The notes under the pieces were generated by a model. That model was not told the DNA's origin. It did not search any database and saw only the letters and a program-made list of their open reading frames with translations. A program made the position numbers and the translations under genes. From Terriglobia bacterium (GTDB lineage: Bacteria > Acidobacteriota > Terriglobia > 20CM-2-55-15), in NCBI GenBank assembly GCA_965218585.1, contig CBDCLE010000001.1:206436-270435 (forward strand): a DNA stretch of 64,000 nt. Direction: 5' to 3'. Every line of letters begins with the position of its first letter. The first letter of the stretch is position 1. Below, piece after piece: positions 60,679 through 64,000 of the stretch.

Positions 60679-62046
60679 GAGGTCATTACAAAAGGTGTGT
60701 AAAAGTCATCAGGCGGCGGCCTTCGATTTCATCACGACTCTGATGCCGTCAGCGAATTGCTGACCATCATAGACCTCTTGTAAGAGTTCGGATCCTTTTA
60801 AGTGTCGCCAAGCCTTCTCAGCGACACGTAGTAGCTTCCAGATCATTGCCGTTGCACTCTCGACACGCTTGAATCGGCGAGCGGCGTTGGTGCGGAGGCG
60901 AACCATGTCGAAAGGCGACTCGACGATGTTGGTTGTTCTCAGATGCACCCAGTGTTGTTTCGGGAACTCATAGAAAGTAATCATCCGGTCCCAGTCCCGC
61001 AACAGCGTCTCACCCGCTTTGGGATAGTTCTTCTCATATCGGCGGACGAACTGATCCCGCTTTCGTTCGCAGGCCGCGCGGGAGTTCGCGAAGGCCATCC
61101 CATGAAGCAGCTGTCTGGCCGCGGGCTGCTCGGTCTTCGGCAGATGATCGACCACGTTGATCGACTTGTGGTTCCAGCAGCGTTGTTCCTGGCCCTGGGG
61201 CTGTTGCTCGGCCAGCGCGGACCAGATGCCCAGGTGACCGTCCGCGACAGTCAGCCGTCCCAGCTTCAGGCCCCGTCTCTGGAGATTGCGCAGAATGCGG
61301 CTCCAGGACTCCTTGCTTTCCCGCTGCCCGCTCTCACAGGCCAACAGCACTTTGCGCCCGTCTGACAAGGCTCCGATGATCACCAGCAATGCCGCTCGCT
61401 CTTTCGCGATCCCCGCTTTCACGTACAAGCCGTCTGCCCACTGGTACACGACCTCGAGGCCGGACAGGTCCTGCTGGACCCACTCGTCATACTCCAACTG
61501 CCAGGTCGATTTCAGTCGTTGGATCGATGCTCGCGACAACGGAGCGCCAGCGCCAAGCAGTCCGCGCATGGCCTGCTCGAAGTCCCCTGTGGCCAGACCG
61601 TGGAGGTAGAGATCGGGAAGTAGCTCGCCCAGCTGTTTCGATTTCCGTCGAAAATACGGCAGGATCTGACTCTCGAACCGCTCGGCGGTGTTTCGAACCC
61701 GAGGTCGTCGAACCTCCATCGTACCGTTCATCATTGCGAAGCGTCGCGGTTTCCCGTGACCGTTCCGGTATCCTCGTCGATTCGGACTCCGCTCCAACTT
61801 TTCCCGACCCAGAAATTGAGTGACTTCGTCCTCGAGCAGCTCCTGTAGCCAGACTTGGACCCGGGATCGCGCCCAGTCCTCCAAACCTTCATACGCGTTC
61901 GTTGACGCCACTGATGCCGGTATGTTCTTCTTCTTCTTCATGGGTGGTGTACCTTTCTCCCGATTGCTGCCGGGATTGCTTACGGTTTCGAATTCACCGA
62001 AAGCGTACACCGCCTTCTCTTTTTACACACCGATTGGAACGACCTC
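60679..62046 (-). mobile_element. IS256-family element, 1368 bp, with 8-bp TSD TAGAAGCG
   Basis: 26-bp terminal IRs (22/26 match) starting GAGGTC; TSD at 60671-78 and 62047-54. Confidence 0.95.
60709..61941 (-). CDS. IS256-family (mutator-type DDE) transposase
   Basis: YRNG, PRVR, LYLHG, WADG, ES..SW, DG, QRC..HK, RTTN.VES. Confidence 0.95.
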   Translation of the reverse strand: MKKKKNIPASVASTNAYEGLEDWARSRVQVWLQELLEDEVTQFLGREKLERSPNRRGYRNGHGKPRRFAMMNGTMEVRRPRVRNTAERFESQILPYFRRKSKQLGELLPDLYLHGLATGDFEQAMRGLLGAGAPLSRASIQRLKSTWQLEYDEWVQQDLSGLEVVYQWADGLYVKAGIAKERAALLVIIGALSDGRKVLLACESGQRESKESWSRILRNLQRRGLKLGRLTVADGHLGIWSALAEQQPQGQEQRCWNHKSINVVDHLPKTEQPAARQLLHGMAFANSRAACERKRDQFVRRYEKNYPKAGETLLRDWDRMITFYEFPKQHWVHLRTTNIVESPFDMVRLRTNAARRFKRVESATAMIWKLLRVAEKAWRHLKGSELLQEVYDGQQFADGIRVVMKSKAAA

Positions 62047-62054
62047 TAGAAGCG

Positions 62055-63963
62055 ACTCCCCTTGCCTACTTCGCTTTCAACACCGATCCAACCTCCGGTC
62101 TGTTTGACGATTCCATAGGCAGCCGCCAGTCCCAGTCCGGTACCCTTGCCCCTTTCCTTGGTCGTGTAGAAGGGTTCGAAGATATGGGTCATGGTGTTCC
62201 GGTCCATGCCACCTCCGGTATCCGTCGCTGTCAGCTGTACATACGCACCGGGGGTGATGTTCACGGGCAGAAATTTATGCCTGCCGTCGTCAAAGGTAAG
62301 CTCATTGTCATAGGTGACATCGGAAGTGCGGATCGTCAAGGCGCCGCCCATGGGCATGGCATCCATTGCATTTGTCGCCAGATTCAAGACGACCTGCTCG
62401 AACTGTGCAGGGTCGATCCTCACCGACCACGAGATTGCAAATCGAAGTCCAGATCAATACTCTCCAGTATCGTTCGTTCAAGCACTGACCTCAGATCGGA
62501 CAGCAAGACGTTGACATCGGATATGCGATCCTCGTGTCGTTGTTTCCGGCTGAAGGCCAACAACTGCCGGGTCAGAGCAGATCCACGGTCGGCTGCAGTC
62601 AGGATCGCGTCAAGCCCTTCCCGGCTCTCAGATTCCAGCGACAGATCATCCTGGAGCAGTTCGCTGCTACCCCGGATCACTGTTAAGATGTTGTTGAAAT
62701 CATGTGCGACGCCGCCGGCGAGTTTACCGATGGCTGCCAGTCGCTCTGCGTGTTGGAATTGGTGCTCCATCTGCTTCTGTTCTCCTATGTCCCGCGCGCT
62801 CAATCCCCCTGCGACTATGTTCCCTTGCCCATCCCGGATGGGATATACCGAAACCGATACCTGTACGGTCGTTCCATCTTTTCTAAGCCGGACCGTGTCT
62901 GGGAAACTGAGCGTGTCTCCGTGTTCGAAGACGGTCGGAGTCTGGCTGGCTTCGCTGACACGGTCCTGCGGCACCAAAAGGGAAATGGCCATGCCAATGG
63001 CTTCCTCCTCGGAATAACCGAATATCTTCTCCGCGCCCTTGTTCCAACTCTGGACCGTGCCCTCAGGAGTGACTCTGATGATGCCGTTCGTTGAGGCCTC
63101 CACGATTGCTGCCAGTTGCAGACGGGTCTTCATTTCGGAGCTGAGGTCCCGCGCGACCGCCACGATCGCAATCGCTTTCCCGTCCACGTCCTTGACGGGA
63201 TAGGCGGCAATCGAGACTGTGATGCGTTCCCCGTCTTTCTTCGTTCGAACGGTTTCGGGGATAGTAGTCGGAATACCACGCAGAACTCCCTCGCTCGTTT
63301 CGGTGGCTTCGTATTCACGTTCTGGTGGTATTAGTCGAGCAAAAGGCATTCCAATAGCTTCTTCTTCCGAATAGCCAAACATCTGTTCAGCTCCATGGTT
63401 CCAGCTCTGGATCGTGCCGTCCGCCCCTGAACTGATGATGGCGTCGGTGGAAGCTTCCACGATTGCTGCCATCCGGGATCGCTCGTCCATCGCGGCCCGA
63501 ATCTCAGTCACATCACGAACGATGGCTAGTACGAACCTCGTATCTCCGACCACCGATGGACTCAAGCTGATTTCTACTGGAAATACAGTGCCGTCTCTTC
63601 TCTCGACGGACAAATCCAACCTGAGTCCTACAGGTTCGGTCCTGGACTCGGGTCGATCCCCCGTCCAACTCCGAACGTGCCGCTCCCATTCAACGTCGGG
63701 GAGCAGGCGTTCTATCGACGCACCCACTAATTCGTTTCGCCCGTATCCGAACAATTTTTCCGTCTGAGGGTTTACGATAACGATCGTGCCTGACTCGTCC
63801 CAGACGACCACTCCGTCGAGCGTGGACTCCAGGAGCGCCTTGAACCGCGTTTCACTCCTCTTTAATTCCTGGGTCCGTTCCTCCACGCGATTTTCCAACT
63901 CGGCGTAGGACTCTCCGAGTAGCGCTTCAGCTCTCCGTCGTTCGCTCGTCACGTCCTGCACAG
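62055..63963 (-). pseudogene. Multi-PAS hybrid histidine kinase, central part; 1-nt frameshift near 62430; cut at both ends by IS256
   Basis: Three PAS domains, GGVAHDFNN, QLLAFSR, NLATNA.DAM, DTG.GM, FYTTK, GTGLGL. Confidence 0.9.
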
Positions 63964-64000
63964 GAGGTCGTTCCAATCGGCGTGTAAAAAGAGAAGGCGG
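63964..64000 (+). mobile_element. Left end of a second IS256 copy in the opposite orientation; runs off the window
   Basis: GAGGTCGTTCCAATCGGCGTGTAAAAAGAGAAGGCGG is 36/37 identical to the reverse complement of 62010-62046. Confidence 0.9.

Noticed and set aside
62403-62410. CTGTGCAG as an inverted TSD partner of CTGCACAG (63956-63)
   Set aside because: It lies inside coding sequence away from any IS end; an 8-mer match is plausible by chance.
1-64000. CRISPR array
   Set aside because: No run of equal-length direct repeats with unique spacers. The repeats seen are dispersed inverted pairs.

Overview
Mostly core-genome DNA from a moderately GC-rich bacterium. The gene complement (futalosine-pathway mqnE, SYLF protein, small Fis-like protein after purC-cvpA, large secreted IPT/HExxH/PPC protein) suggests Acidobacteriota; this is inference. 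About 60 genes are recognisable, including lon, thrC, mqnE, moeB, dinB, smc, purC, nadA, apt, tRNA-Arg(CCT), the rpmF-plsX-fabD-acpP-fabF cluster and ETF-QO. The standout is a complete IS110-family (IS1111-like) element at 47974-49530 inserted in a hybrid histidine kinase. Its ends, 2-nt core (AC/GT) and circle-junction promoter can be reconstructed. Its 3' non-coding region contains a readable bridge/seek RNA whose guide segments match this insertion site (9/10 and 8/10 nt) and the element's own right end. A second hybrid kinase is hit by two copies of an IS256 element. Also present are three families of dispersed palindromic repeats, many apparently leaderless genes, candidate NrtR, Rrf2 and sigma54 sites, a structured leader before purC, an in-frame amber codon splitting a roughly 1030-aa secreted protein, and several small indels that look like sequencing errors. 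No CRISPR array or rRNA was seen.
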